In this document: in pieces, positions 26,998 through 36,576 of the stretch
Layout: every line of letters begins with the position of its first letter
Position numbering within the stretch: the stretch's first letter is position 1
Source of the DNA: Candidatus Aldehydirespiratoraceae bacterium
GTDB taxonomy: Bacteria; Actinomycetota; Acidimicrobiia; Acidimicrobiales; Aldehydirespiratoraceae
Assembly (NCBI GenBank): GCA_965198315.1
Contig: OZ240616.1
Location: 3,465,723-3,529,722 of the forward strand
DNA length: 64,000 bases
Reading direction: 5' to 3'
Made by a program: the position numbers and the translations under genes
Notes under the pieces: generated by a model
What the model was told of the DNA's origin: nothing
Seen by the model: only the letters and a program-made list of their open reading frames with translations
Database searches by the model: none

Positions 26998-27665
26998 CCT
27001 CTGGGGAGTCGCGTACCGCGCTGGTCGTCGGCAGCGGTGATCCCGCCGACTCGGTGGGGGTAGGCCTGGTTGCCGCGGGTTGGAGCCTCCTGCGACTGGG
27101 TGACGATCCGATCAACGACGACACGGTCGCCGCGGCCTTCCCTGCCTTGGAGCACCTGGACCTGGTAGTACACGCCCGCTATCCGAGTCTGTGCCGGAGG
27201 CGTCTGGACCTCTGCGACCTGACCGCACAACAATGGCACGAGGCCTGCGACGAACCGCTCGAAGCGGGAATCCGCCTCGCCCGCGGCGCGTATGAGCCGT
27301 TGCGCGCCGCGGGAGGAACGATCGTGTACCTGGTGCCGCTGATGGCCTCTGCCGGAGGCGACGGGTTCACCGCCTTCGCCGGAGCCGCGGAAGGACTTCG
27401 TGTGTTGGCCAAATCGCTCGCCAAGACCTGGGGTGAAGACGGTATCCGCGCCCACGCCATCACCCTTGATCCGAGCGCTTTCCTGGCACCAGACGACGCT
27501 GCGGGCATGGCCGAGGCCAACTCGCTGCACGACCCTCCGCTCGGGAGGGTCCCCGACCTCAGCGACGAAGTCTCCCTCGTAGTCGATGCCCTCACCACCA
27601 ACGCGTTCGCCGCGCTGACCGGCGCTTCCCTGGTGGTTGACGGCGGTCTCTGGATGCCGGGATGA
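26994..27665 (+). CDS. Atypical SDR-fold protein lacking canonical catalytic motifs
   Basis: SDR C-terminal signature (KSLAKTWGEDGIR, PLGR, TGASLVVDGG) but no TGxxxGxG and FAGAA in place of YxxxK. Confidence 0.75.
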   Translation: MTSGESRTALVVGSGDPADSVGVGLVAAGWSLLRLGDDPINDDTVAAAFPALEHLDLVVHARYPSLCRRRLDLCDLTAQQWHEACDEPLEAGIRLARGAYEPLRAAGGTIVYLVPLMASAGGDGFTAFAGAAEGLRVLAKSLAKTWGEDGIRAHAITLDPSAFLAPDDAAGMAEANSLHDPPLGRVPDLSDEVSLVVDALTTNAFAALTGASLVVDGGLWMPG

Positions 27666-28426
27666 GCGGACTTCTCGAAGACCAGGTGGCGATCGTCACC
27701 GGTGCCGGTCAAGGAGTCGGCGAGGGGATTGCTGCGGCTATGGCGCAAGCCGGTGCCCGCGTGATTATCGCCGCTCGCCGCTCCGCCAATGGTGAACCTG
27801 CGGCGCAGGCGATCCGCGACCGGGGAGGCCAAGCACTGTTCTGCCGCTGTGACGTGACCCGACGCGAGGAGGTGGACGCTGCCGTGGCGTTCTCGTTGGA
27901 ACACTGGGGTCGTCTGGATGCGATGGTCCACAACGCGGTGTCACCACCAGGGCCGCCACGCCCGATTCAAGAAGTCGACGACGAGACCATCGCCTTGCAG
28001 ATCACTACAAGCACCACAGCGACCTTCCACTGCGCCCAAGCGGCGTTCCCGGAGCTCCGATCCAGTGGCGGGACGCTCATTCTCCTCACGTCGCCGTCCG
28101 GCATTGAGGGGTCGGGGCATCTGCCTCTCTACGGTGCTGTCAAGGGCGCCCAGCGGGGACTGCTGAAGAGCCTCGCCCGCGAATGGGGGCCCCACGGGGT
28201 GAGGGTCAATGCCATCGCACCCGTGGCGTGGACACCGGCAATGGACGTAGCCATCGAAGCCAACCCGACACTGGAAGCCCGTCTGATCGGGCGGACCCCG
28301 CTCGGCCGCATCGGTGATCCAGCCTCAGACATCGGTCCGGTAGCCGTGTTCTTGGCATCGGGTCTGGCGCGCCACATGACCGGACAGACCCTGGCCGTCG
28401 ACGGAGGCCGCTACCTGGGTCTCTAA
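27662..28426 (+). CDS. Short-chain dehydrogenase/reductase
   Basis: TGAGQGVG, HNA, YGAVK, TGQTLAVDGG. Confidence 0.92.
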   Translation: MSGLLEDQVAIVTGAGQGVGEGIAAAMAQAGARVIIAARRSANGEPAAQAIRDRGGQALFCRCDVTRREEVDAAVAFSLEHWGRLDAMVHNAVSPPGPPRPIQEVDDETIALQITTSTTATFHCAQAAFPELRSSGGTLILLTSPSGIEGSGHLPLYGAVKGAQRGLLKSLAREWGPHGVRVNAIAPVAWTPAMDVAIEANPTLEARLIGRTPLGRIGDPASDIGPVAVFLASGLARHMTGQTLAVDGGRYLGL

Positions 28427-28434
28427 CGTTGTCT

Positions 28435-28540
28435 TCGCCGGGCGTAGCCGGAGCCGCGCGGTGCTTTCGCCGGGCGCAACCGGAGCCGCGCGGTGCTTCG
28501 CCGGGCGTAACCGGAGCCGCGCGGTGCTGTCGCCGGGCGT
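28435..28540. repeat. 31-32 bp intergenic tandem repeat (about 3.3 copies) between convergent genes
   Basis: Unit tcgccgggcgtagccggagccgcgcggtgctt starting at 28435, 28467, 28498, 28530. Confidence 0.9.
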
Positions 28541-28550
28541 CAACGAGAGA

Positions 28551-29468
28551 TCAAGTTGCGGGATCGGCGGCGATGCGGATTCCCATGTTGGCGGTGCATG
28601 TGTCGGGCGTGTTGAACGACCGGGCACCAACGCGGTAACGGTTGCAGTAGGAGTCATGGCAGAGGTACGACCCGCCCTTGATCACTCTGGAACGCCCCTT
28701 GTCGAACCAGTCAGAGCACCACTCCCAGACGTTGCCCGCAGTGTCGTACAACCCGAACCCGTTGGGCGGATAGCTTCCGACGGGCGACGTCGCATACCAT
28801 CGGTCATCGAGCGTGTTGCTCGACGGGAACGTGCCCTGCCAGATGTTGCACTGGTGGACTCCGTCGGGCGTGAGTTCATCGCCCCAGCCATAGGTTGCCT
28901 GCTCGAGCCCGCCGCGGGCCGCCCGTTCCCATTCGGCTTCTGTGGGGAGCCGGCCTCCGGCCCAGGCGGCATAGGCCGCCGCCTCGTGCCAGGTCACATG
29001 CACGACAGGATGATCACCCAAGCCTTCGAGGTCGCTGTGCGGGCCGGCCGGGTGCCGCCAGTCCACCCCCTCAACAACACGCCACCACTCTGCGCCGACT
29101 ACTCCACGGGTATCACAGAAGTCGTCGGGCAGGGCTCCGGCAAAAACAAAAGACCAGCCGTCAGACTCGGCCAACGTGATCAAACCCGTGGCTTTCACGA
29201 AACCCGCGAACTCATCGTTGGTGACAAGATGCGAAGCGATTTGATACCGCTCTGTTGCGACCTCGCGTACCGGACCCTCGCGATCTGCTGGGAAGCGGCC
29301 GTCCGCGGTACCCATAAGGAACGAACCAGCCGGAATCTCGACCATCTGTGGGAGCGAACCCCCACCGCCACGGTCACCACCGACACCGGCACCTGAATCA
29401 GGCCCACCCAGATCAGTCGCCTCCGAACCACCGGCACGCGAAGGAGTGCAGCAGGCGTCGTCGGTCAC
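28551..29468 (-). CDS. Formylglycine-generating enzyme (SUMF1/FGE)
   Basis: HPVVHVTW, RLPTEAEWE, GNVWEW, KGGSYLCHDSYCNRYR with both catalytic Cys. Confidence 0.92.
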   Translation of the reverse strand: MTDDACCTPSRAGGSEATDLGGPDSGAGVGGDRGGGGSLPQMVEIPAGSFLMGTADGRFPADREGPVREVATERYQIASHLVTNDEFAGFVKATGLITLAESDGWSFVFAGALPDDFCDTRGVVGAEWWRVVEGVDWRHPAGPHSDLEGLGDHPVVHVTWHEAAAYAAWAGGRLPTEAEWERAARGGLEQATYGWGDELTPDGVHQCNIWQGTFPSSNTLDDRWYATSPVGSYPPNGFGLYDTAGNVWEWCSDWFDKGRSRVIKGGSYLCHDSYCNRYRVGARSFNTPDTCTANMGIRIAADPAT

Positions 29469-29520
29469 CTCTCAAGTATGGCGTTGGATACCGCTGTGCG
29501 TGCCGCGTGATACGCGCCGG

Positions 29521-29859
29521 CTAGGAAGCGCTCTTCATGGCGTCGCGGGCCCGCTGCTCGGCCACGCGTTTGCGGCCGATGATCGGAGTCGTGGGAGCGA
29601 ACCCCGCGGCCGCCCGTTCCGATTCGCTCTCGCCGCCCCAGAACCCCAGCTCCCGGTTCTTCCGGGCGTAGTCGCGGCACTCGATGAGTGACACACAAGA
29701 ATTGCAGATTCTCTCCGCCGCGGTCTCACGACGAACCCTCGCCTCAGGACGCTCGGCAAAGGGGGCGAAGAACAGATCACCGTGACCGCTGCACGCCGGA
29801 TCGCTCATCCACGAAGTCGACCCGATCGGGCCGGCCAGGTTCTCGGAGAGTTGAGTCAT
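29521..29859 (-). CDS. whiB: WhiB-family Fe-S transcriptional regulator
   Basis: Four Cys (AC...ICNSC...EC) and GFWGG motif; start uncertain (29859-29874). Confidence 0.88.
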   Translation of the reverse strand: MTQLSENLAGPIGSTSWMSDPACSGHGDLFFAPFAERPEARVRRETAAERICNSCVSLIECRDYARKNRELGFWGGESESERAAAGFAPTTPIIGRKRVAEQRARDAMKSAS

Positions 29860-30085
29860 GTCAAGCATAAACACCCGCTTGGATGGAGCCCTTCACCCCA
29901 TGCGAGGATGCGGCTTACGGTGCCCCTTTCGGCTAGCGGTTTCAACTTAGGAAACCAGCCGACAATTGTCGCACGAAGTGTCATAATTCTTCGCGTTGGA
30001 AACTATCGCTAAAACAGATAGCCGACTCTTGCCTGATAACGAGCAGGTTTTTAGGTTTGACCCCGCATTCCGACGTCGATCAGGG

Positions 30086-33000
30086 TCACCCGTCTGTCGC
30101 AGGCAACACCCGAACAATGTTGATGTATTGGTCCGGGTCGAAGATCGCCGCGGCCAGAGCTATCACATCTGCCAGTTCCAGCTGCTGCAGTTCTGCAATG
30201 AGACGCTGCGGAGTGGGGAGTTGATCGTCTGCGGCGTTAGCCCGTCGAGCTAGCGGTCGCATCAGGTCTGCATTCCCGAGCCCCGCGTAGTTGAATCCGG
30301 CAACAGCAACCGCGCTGTCGAATTCGTCAGCGAGGACATTGCCGCCGGCAACATCGGCAAGGATGCGGAAGATCTCGGCTTCAATCTCATCCATCCGTTC
30401 GGGATCGCCCGAAGCCGTGAGAGTGGACTGTATTCCCTGCTCGGGTGTGAAGTACGACGAGAGCCCCACCGATACGGAGTAGGTGGCACCGATGTCCTCG
30501 CGGACGTCGTTGACCAGTCTGGCGTCCAGAATGACGTCGAGTACCTCGAGAGCGACCTCGACGGCAGGGTCTATATCCATCAGCACCTCGTGGTACAGCT
30601 CGAGCGCGGTGGCTTGGGAATCTGGACCGAGTTCCACCTCTTGGCGCACGGTCTCGGCGGGTGCGGGCGGTCGACGGTTCACATAGCTGTCCGGTTCTCC
30701 CGCAGGCAGAGTTCCCACATAGGTGCGAGCCAACCGCTCAATCGTCTCGCGGTCGACGTCGCCGGCGACGACCACCACCAGATCGTCGACGCTGGCGAAC
30801 CGCTGCTTATAGCGTTCGAGCAGAGACTCTGCAGTGAGAGCGTCGAGCGTCTCCTGCGAAGCGACCGGGTTGAACCACTCGAATTCGGCGCCATAGCGGG
30901 CTTGGTTGTATGCCACCCATGCCTTCCAGCCAGGATCGACTTGAGACAGGTTGAGGAGAATCTCCCCGACGTTGACGACTTCTGCGAAGGCTTGGTCGTC
31001 CACCCGTGGCGCGGTGAACAACAGGTGCATCAACTGGAACATCGTTTCCACATCGGCGGTGCTGGCCGCGCCTGACACGCCCTGGGTCGTCTCACCGATG
31101 AACGGTTGCGCCGCGGCGTTGATACCGTCGAGGTAGCGCGACAACTGAGCGGGGCTGAGGTTCCCGAGTCCGCTCTGGCGCACCGCTCGGGTGGCCAGCC
31201 TGCCCGTCAACATACGGTCTGCCGGTTCGCCGGCGGACCATCCACCTTCAGAGACTGCCTGGAGGTTGACCTGGTTCTCGGCTATTTTAGAGTTGACGAA
31301 CATAACCCGGGCACCGTTGGCGAAAGTCCACTCGTACGTGTCGCCGAATCTGTCGCCATAGATCTCGGCCGAGTCGTCGAGGAAGTCGAGTTCACCGGAT
31401 TCCACCGGCTCGACAGGGTCGGGCACGGCTAGCAACTCATCAGCGTCGGCAATCGAAGCAGGCAGCTCGCCGACTTCCGAACTCGATATCGCCGCGGACA
31501 GTTCCTCGACGGTGGGCAGGTCGGCGGGGTCGGCAGCAACGCCGATCACCAACAGGCCACTTTGATCCATTATCTCTTGGAGACGTGTGCTCAACTCTTC
31601 GGGAGTGATTTCGTCCAACAGGGCCGACACCCGTGTCAACCGGTCAGTGGCCGTGCCGATGTCGCCTCCCTGCAGGAATTTTGCAACGTAGAGGTTGGCG
31701 TAGCTGCGATCCTGGGTCGTGGCGGCAGCTTCAACGCCGAACTCCAATCCTGACTTGATCGCCGTGACTGCCCGAGCAAGGTCCGCCTCGACGAAGCCAT
31801 GGGCTTCGAGGGTCAACATCATCGACCAGAAGTCGTTGAGAGCAGTCTCGTAATCGACGGCTCGCAGGTTGGAGCCGTAGAAGCGCAAACCACGGGTATG
31901 GCCGAACGAACTCCAGTGGGTCGGATCGGTCTGTGAGAGATAACCCTGCTCGTAAGCGTCCTGCAGGCGGTTCCCGAGCATGATCGAGATGAGCTGCTCA
32001 ATCCACAACTGTCGTTCGCCTTCGACAGTATTGCGGTCCCAGGACGGAAGGCGGATGTCCAGGGACAGATAGGAGTACCCCTGCCCCGGCGAAGTGGCGA
32101 TATCGTACCTCGGTTCCGGGTCGAGCTCTGAAAACGTGTCGGGAGCGGTCGGTTCTTCGCCCGCGGGGATCGCGTCGAAGTGCTTCTCGACCAGATCCTC
32201 CAGTGTGTCGAGCGGCAGATGACCAACAGCTATCACCGCCATGTTGGAGGGCACATACCACTTCTCGTAGAAGTCGCGCAGATCTTGCGCGGTGATCCCT
32301 GCGATTCCTTCAGCCGAACCGATCGGCAAGCGACCCTCATAGGGTGTCCCCCTGTCGTACATGCGGGGGAATGCCACTCTGACAACGCCATCGGCGGTTT
32401 CATATCCGAGGCGGTATTCGTCGCGCACGACTCCGCGTTCGTCTTCGACATCATCGGGGTTGATCGTGGCTGCATGGGCCCATTGCGCCAGAACATCGAA
32501 CGCAAGATTCACGGCCTCTTCATCCTCGGTTCGCAACGCAAGTTCATAGACGGTCTCGTCGTAGGACGTGTAGGCGTTGATGTCGGGACCGAACTCGACG
32601 CCGATGCTCTGCAGGACTTTGGTCAGCTCATTGCCGGGGTACTTCTCGGTGCCGTTGAACAACATGTGCTCGAGGAAGTGGGCCACTCCGCTGCCCGCTT
32701 CAGCTTCATTGAGCGATCCGGCGTTCACGGCCAGACGCAACTCCAGGCTCTGTCCGGGGCTGTCGTTGCAGCGGAGGTAGTAGGTCAGGCCGTTGTCCAA
32801 CGTGCCGATCCGCACCGTCGGGTCCACCGGCAGCAAGCCTTCTTCGGTACCTGTGGCTTCGTCGTCGGCGGCTTCCACGTCCTCGCATTCGACAGCGGCG
32901 ATCTCTTCGTCTTCGGTGTCTTCAGGTTCTTCGGCGGTGGGGTCGCAGTGTGGGGTTGCGGGGTTGAGGGTTACGTCCGGTTCGCCCTGATAGCGGTACA

Positions 33001-33604
33001 GGAACGTGATCAGTTGGCCACGTGTCAACGTGTCTTCGGGTGCGAAGGTGGTCGGTGTAGTACCGGTGGTGATACCGGTGTGGGCCATCCAGGACACACT
33101 GTCTTGTTGCCAGGACGCGACCACATCGCTGAAGCCGTGCGGGGGCGCGGAGGGCTCACCAGCCAGACGATGCAGAAACGCTGCGGCCTGGCCACGTTTC
33201 GACGTCTCATCAGGAGCGAACGTGGTCGGTGAAGTGCCAGTGGTGATGCCAGTGTTGGCCATCCATGAGATTGCATACTTCAAAGACGCGTCGGTCACAT
33301 CGTTGAACGGATGGGGGTCCCCCGCATCTGGCTGATCCTCCATGTTGTAGATCCACACCGCCGTCTCACCACGCGACACCGGAACATCGGGTCCAAAACA
33401 AGGCCCCGCATTATCGGTGATCCCATTGTCAACCGACCATTGCACCGCATCGCTGTACCAAGTGCCCGCGGGCACGTCGCCATACCCTGCCGCAGCCCCA
33501 GCAGGTGACGGCGACGCCACCAACAACGCTGCCGTCAACGCAACAACCAACCCGACCCGGCTCAACCCGGCCATCAAACGAGAACATGAATGAGTCATAG
33601 GCAC
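30086..33604 (-). CDS. Secreted SLH-domain M16 (insulinase/PqqL-like) zinc peptidase
   Basis: Signal peptide; 3 SLH repeats; acidic linker; GTLDNGLTYY, HFLEHMLFNGT (HXXEH), NAYTSYDETVY; second M16 half with FANGARV and VREDIGATYSV. Confidence 0.92.
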   Translation of the reverse strand: MPMTHSCSRLMAGLSRVGLVVALTAALLVASPSPAGAAAGYGDVPAGTWYSDAVQWSVDNGITDNAGPCFGPDVPVSRGETAVWIYNMEDQPDAGDPHPFNDVTDASLKYAISWMANTGITTGTSPTTFAPDETSKRGQAAAFLHRLAGEPSAPPHGFSDVVASWQQDSVSWMAHTGITTGTTPTTFAPEDTLTRGQLITFLYRYQGEPDVTLNPATPHCDPTAEEPEDTEDEEIAAVECEDVEAADDEATGTEEGLLPVDPTVRIGTLDNGLTYYLRCNDSPGQSLELRLAVNAGSLNEAEAGSGVAHFLEHMLFNGTEKYPGNELTKVLQSIGVEFGPDINAYTSYDETVYELALRTEDEEAVNLAFDVLAQWAHAATINPDDVEDERGVVRDEYRLGYETADGVVRVAFPRMYDRGTPYEGRLPIGSAEGIAGITAQDLRDFYEKWYVPSNMAVIAVGHLPLDTLEDLVEKHFDAIPAGEEPTAPDTFSELDPEPRYDIATSPGQGYSYLSLDIRLPSWDRNTVEGERQLWIEQLISIMLGNRLQDAYEQGYLSQTDPTHWSSFGHTRGLRFYGSNLRAVDYETALNDFWSMMLTLEAHGFVEADLARAVTAIKSGLEFGVEAAATTQDRSYANLYVAKFLQGGDIGTATDRLTRVSALLDEITPEELSTRLQEIMDQSGLLVIGVAADPADLPTVEELSAAISSSEVGELPASIADADELLAVPDPVEPVESGELDFLDDSAEIYGDRFGDTYEWTFANGARVMFVNSKIAENQVNLQAVSEGGWSAGEPADRMLTGRLATRAVRQSGLGNLSPAQLSRYLDGINAAAQPFIGETTQGVSGAASTADVETMFQLMHLLFTAPRVDDQAFAEVVNVGEILLNLSQVDPGWKAWVAYNQARYGAEFEWFNPVASQETLDALTAESLLERYKQRFASVDDLVVVVAGDVDRETIERLARTYVGTLPAGEPDSYVNRRPPAPAETVRQEVELGPDSQATALELYHEVLMDIDPAVEVALEVLDVILDARLVNDVREDIGATYSVSVGLSSYFTPEQGIQSTLTASGDPERMDEIEAEIFRILADVAGGNVLADEFDSAVAVAGFNYAGLGNADLMRPLARRANAADDQLPTPQRLIAELQQLELADVIALAAAIFDPDQYINIVRVLPATDG

Positions 33605-33699
33605 GCAATTTACCCCCTACAGCCCATTTTTGAACACCAAGTCAGATTGGGACGCAGTGACGGCACCGTGGGCACGCCGTCATCAACCGAGTTGCCTGC

Positions 33700-34896
33700 T
33701 CAGGCGACTGTGCCGTTGGCCCGCAACGACCCAATCTCAGCGGTCGTCAACCCGAGATCGTCCGCCAGAATCTCTTCGGTGTGCTCTCCCAAACGCGGGG
33801 CGGACGTTGGTTCCATAGCAAGCGTTCCGTCGAAGGCCAGCGGTGAACCCGGTGTCAGGTAAGTGCCGATCTGTGGCTGGTCCACTTCCCGAAACAATCC
33901 ACCGTCGACCGAACACCTCGGGTCATCATCCACAAGTTGTTTGAAGGTCTGGTACCGACCCCAGCAGACACCCAGTTCATCGAAGCGAGCGGCCACTTCG
34001 GCAACCGTCCGGTTTGCGATCCAAGGGCGAATGGCGGCCGATACTTCAGCGCGGGCCTCGAAACGATCGCCTTCGTTGCCAAAGTCAAGTCTTTTGGCCT
34101 CGGCGATGGCTGACACGGCAGCGGTGGACTCAGTTGCCTCCAACAGGTTTGACCATTGCTTCGGGCTGATTCCCGCTACGTAAACCCGCGCCCCGTCGGC
34201 GGTTGTGAACTCGGCTCCGTAAGCGCCGTAAAGGTCATTTCCGAAACGCCCGCGCTCAGTGCCGTTGATCTGTGCTTCGGCGACATGGCCCAGGGCCGCT
34301 ACCGCGGCGAGCGCCACGTCGCTGAGCGCCAAGCTCATCAAAGTCCCCTCCCCGCTCTGCAAGCGGCGGCGGTCAGCGGCCAACAAACCCAGCGCGGCGG
34401 TCTGACCACAGATCAAATCCCATGCCGGCAGCACATGATTGACGGGTTCGGACGACTCGACCGGGCCAGTCGCCAGCGGATAACCCATCGCTGCGTTGAC
34501 GGTGTAATCAAGCGCCGTGGATCCATCGCGGTTGCCGGTCACCGCCAGCATCACCAGATCGGCGCGACGTTTCTGCAACGCCGAATATGACATCCAGCCC
34601 CGCGCCGGAAAGTTGGTAAGAAACGTTCCCGTGATGCCAATCAGTTCGGTCAACAACTCCTGTGCACGCTCGGAGCGCAAATCAACAGCGATTGATCGTT
34701 TCCCCTTGTTGAGTCCGGCCCAATACAGCGACTCACCCTCGGCAGTGAGCGGCCAGCGGCGCGCATCGAGACCTCCGCCAATCTGATCGAAACGGATGAC
34801 ATCGGCCCCAAGCTGAGCCAGCGCCATGCCTCCCGAAGGGGCCGCGACAAAAGCCGAACCCTCGATTATCCGAAAGCCGTCAAGTGGCGGGATCAT
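33700..34896 (-). CDS. mct: Class III CoA-transferase, mesaconyl-CoA C1:C4 transferase-like
   Basis: EGSAFVAAPSGGMALAQLGADVIRFDQIGGGLD..RWP, WAGLNKGKRS, DYTVN, NHVLPAWD are characteristic of the Mct subfamily. Confidence 0.8.
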   Translation of the reverse strand: MIPPLDGFRIIEGSAFVAAPSGGMALAQLGADVIRFDQIGGGLDARRWPLTAEGESLYWAGLNKGKRSIAVDLRSERAQELLTELIGITGTFLTNFPARGWMSYSALQKRRADLVMLAVTGNRDGSTALDYTVNAAMGYPLATGPVESSEPVNHVLPAWDLICGQTAALGLLAADRRRLQSGEGTLMSLALSDVALAAVAALGHVAEAQINGTERGRFGNDLYGAYGAEFTTADGARVYVAGISPKQWSNLLEATESTAAVSAIAEAKRLDFGNEGDRFEARAEVSAAIRPWIANRTVAEVAARFDELGVCWGRYQTFKQLVDDDPRCSVDGGLFREVDQPQIGTYLTPGSPLAFDGTLAMEPTSAPRLGEHTEEILADDLGLTTAEIGSLRANGTVA

Positions 34897-34935
34897 CGAC
34901 TATCCCAACGTCGTCAACGGCAACCGCCAAGATCA

Positions 34936-36402
34936 TCAACCCATCCAGTTGATCGACTGCAACTCGCTGTACGCCTCAATGCCCCACTTGCCACGGTCGC
35001 GACCCACACCACTCATCTTGAAGCCACCAAACGGCGCCTCCATGTGGGGTTGAATCAAGTTGATCCCCACACAGCCCGATTCGAGCTGCGAGGCGAGAGC
35101 GTAGGCGCGTTTCGTGTCACCCGAGAAGACATAACTGTAGAGCCCGTAGTCAGAGTCGTTGGCAAGTTGTACTGCCTCTTCTTCGTCACCGTAGGGCATG
35201 ACCACGATGACCGGGCCAAAAGCCTCTTCACGAACCACATGCATGTCCGGGGTGCAATCGGCAAGCAGGGTCGGCGCGATGAAATAGCCGGGAAGGTCGG
35301 GGCGGTCTCCGCCGCAAACCAACCTCGCCCCGGCGTCGACACCGGATTGGATGAACTGCTCGACGCGGTCGCGGTGAAGTTCGGTGATGACCGGGCCGAT
35401 GATCGTGGATCGATCTGTCGGATCACCAACCTTCATGAATCCCGAAAATGTGTTGAGCGTCTCAACTAGTTGGTCGTAGACATCGCGATGGGCGATCACC
35501 CGGGTCGGCGCAGTGCATATCTGGCCTGCGTGGAAACCCCAGACCGTAGCTATCGCTTGCGCCGCTGTCCCCAAATCGGCGTCTTCGGTGACGATCGCGG
35601 CACCCTTGCCTCCAAGCTCCATCAACAGACGCTTCATGGTCTTGCCACCGTTCTCCATGATCTTGGCACCCACCGGGGACGAACCCGTGAACGAGATCAT
35701 GTTGACGTCTGTCGAGTCGACCAGGGCGGCGGGCACATCGGGGCGAGAACCGTTGACGATGTTGATCACACCGGCGGGGAAACCGGCGGCTTGAGCAGCT
35801 TCGCCGACTAACAGGATTCCGAGCGGGTCCTGCGGCGCCGGTTTGATAACGGTGGTGCATCCCGCAGCCAACGCCGGAGCGATCTTGCCTGCGACGTTGG
35901 TGACAGGAAAGTTGTAGGGCGTGATAGCAGCGACAACACCGACGGGCTGGCGCTTGACTTGGGCGCTCAACAGCCCGGCGGGACCCAGCGGACTTTCTGC
36001 GGTAGGGATCGGCGCCAGGCTCTCGTCGAGATTGATGGGCTTGGCGTAATAACGGAAACGATCGACTGCGGGTCCTCCGACCTGCAGAGTCTCGGTGGTG
36101 CCGATGGTGGCGCCGGTCTCTGCTTGAACCGTTGCGACCCAATCTGGTGACCGCTTCTCAATCTCTTCACCGAGTCGACCAATACAGGCGCAGCGTTCTT
36201 CGCGGCTGAGCTTCTTCCAAGCGGGTAGCGCCGCTTTGGCCGCAGCGGCCGCATCGTCAGCCTGCGCGACGCTAGCTTCGGGCGCCCGCCCAACCACTTT
36301 GGTGGTGTGCGGGTCGATTATGTCGTAGTGCCCCGCACCGGGTTCGACCCATCCTCCGTTGATCAACAACCGCCAGTTCTTGTCGACATCAATCATGCTC
36401 AT
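34936..36402 (-). CDS. Aldehyde dehydrogenase
   Basis: ITPYNFP, FTGS, MELGGK, GQICTA, EEAFGPV, PFGGFKMSG. Confidence 0.93.
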   Translation of the reverse strand: MSMIDVDKNWRLLINGGWVEPGAGHYDIIDPHTTKVVGRAPEASVAQADDAAAAAKAALPAWKKLSREERCACIGRLGEEIEKRSPDWVATVQAETGATIGTTETLQVGGPAVDRFRYYAKPINLDESLAPIPTAESPLGPAGLLSAQVKRQPVGVVAAITPYNFPVTNVAGKIAPALAAGCTTVIKPAPQDPLGILLVGEAAQAAGFPAGVINIVNGSRPDVPAALVDSTDVNMISFTGSSPVGAKIMENGGKTMKRLLMELGGKGAAIVTEDADLGTAAQAIATVWGFHAGQICTAPTRVIAHRDVYDQLVETLNTFSGFMKVGDPTDRSTIIGPVITELHRDRVEQFIQSGVDAGARLVCGGDRPDLPGYFIAPTLLADCTPDMHVVREEAFGPVIVVMPYGDEEEAVQLANDSDYGLYSYVFSGDTKRAYALASQLESGCVGINLIQPHMEAPFGGFKMSGVGRDRGKWGIEAYSELQSINWMG

Positions 36403-36576
36403 GGCCCCAAACGTTACCTTCGACGTCCCCCACACCCCTAAGTGAGTCCTCGGTGGCCCGTTGGCAGATCCTCAAGCTTGTTAGATCCTGTCCCAATGTC
36501 GTGAGTCGTTGTGGTCACGTCTAGCCTCAGCAACAGTCCAATTTGTCCAACAGCCAGTCTGTTCAGAGGAACCGCA

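Noticed and set aside
28435-28540. CRISPR array (32-bp repeats)
   Set aside because: Repeats are head-to-tail with no spacers.
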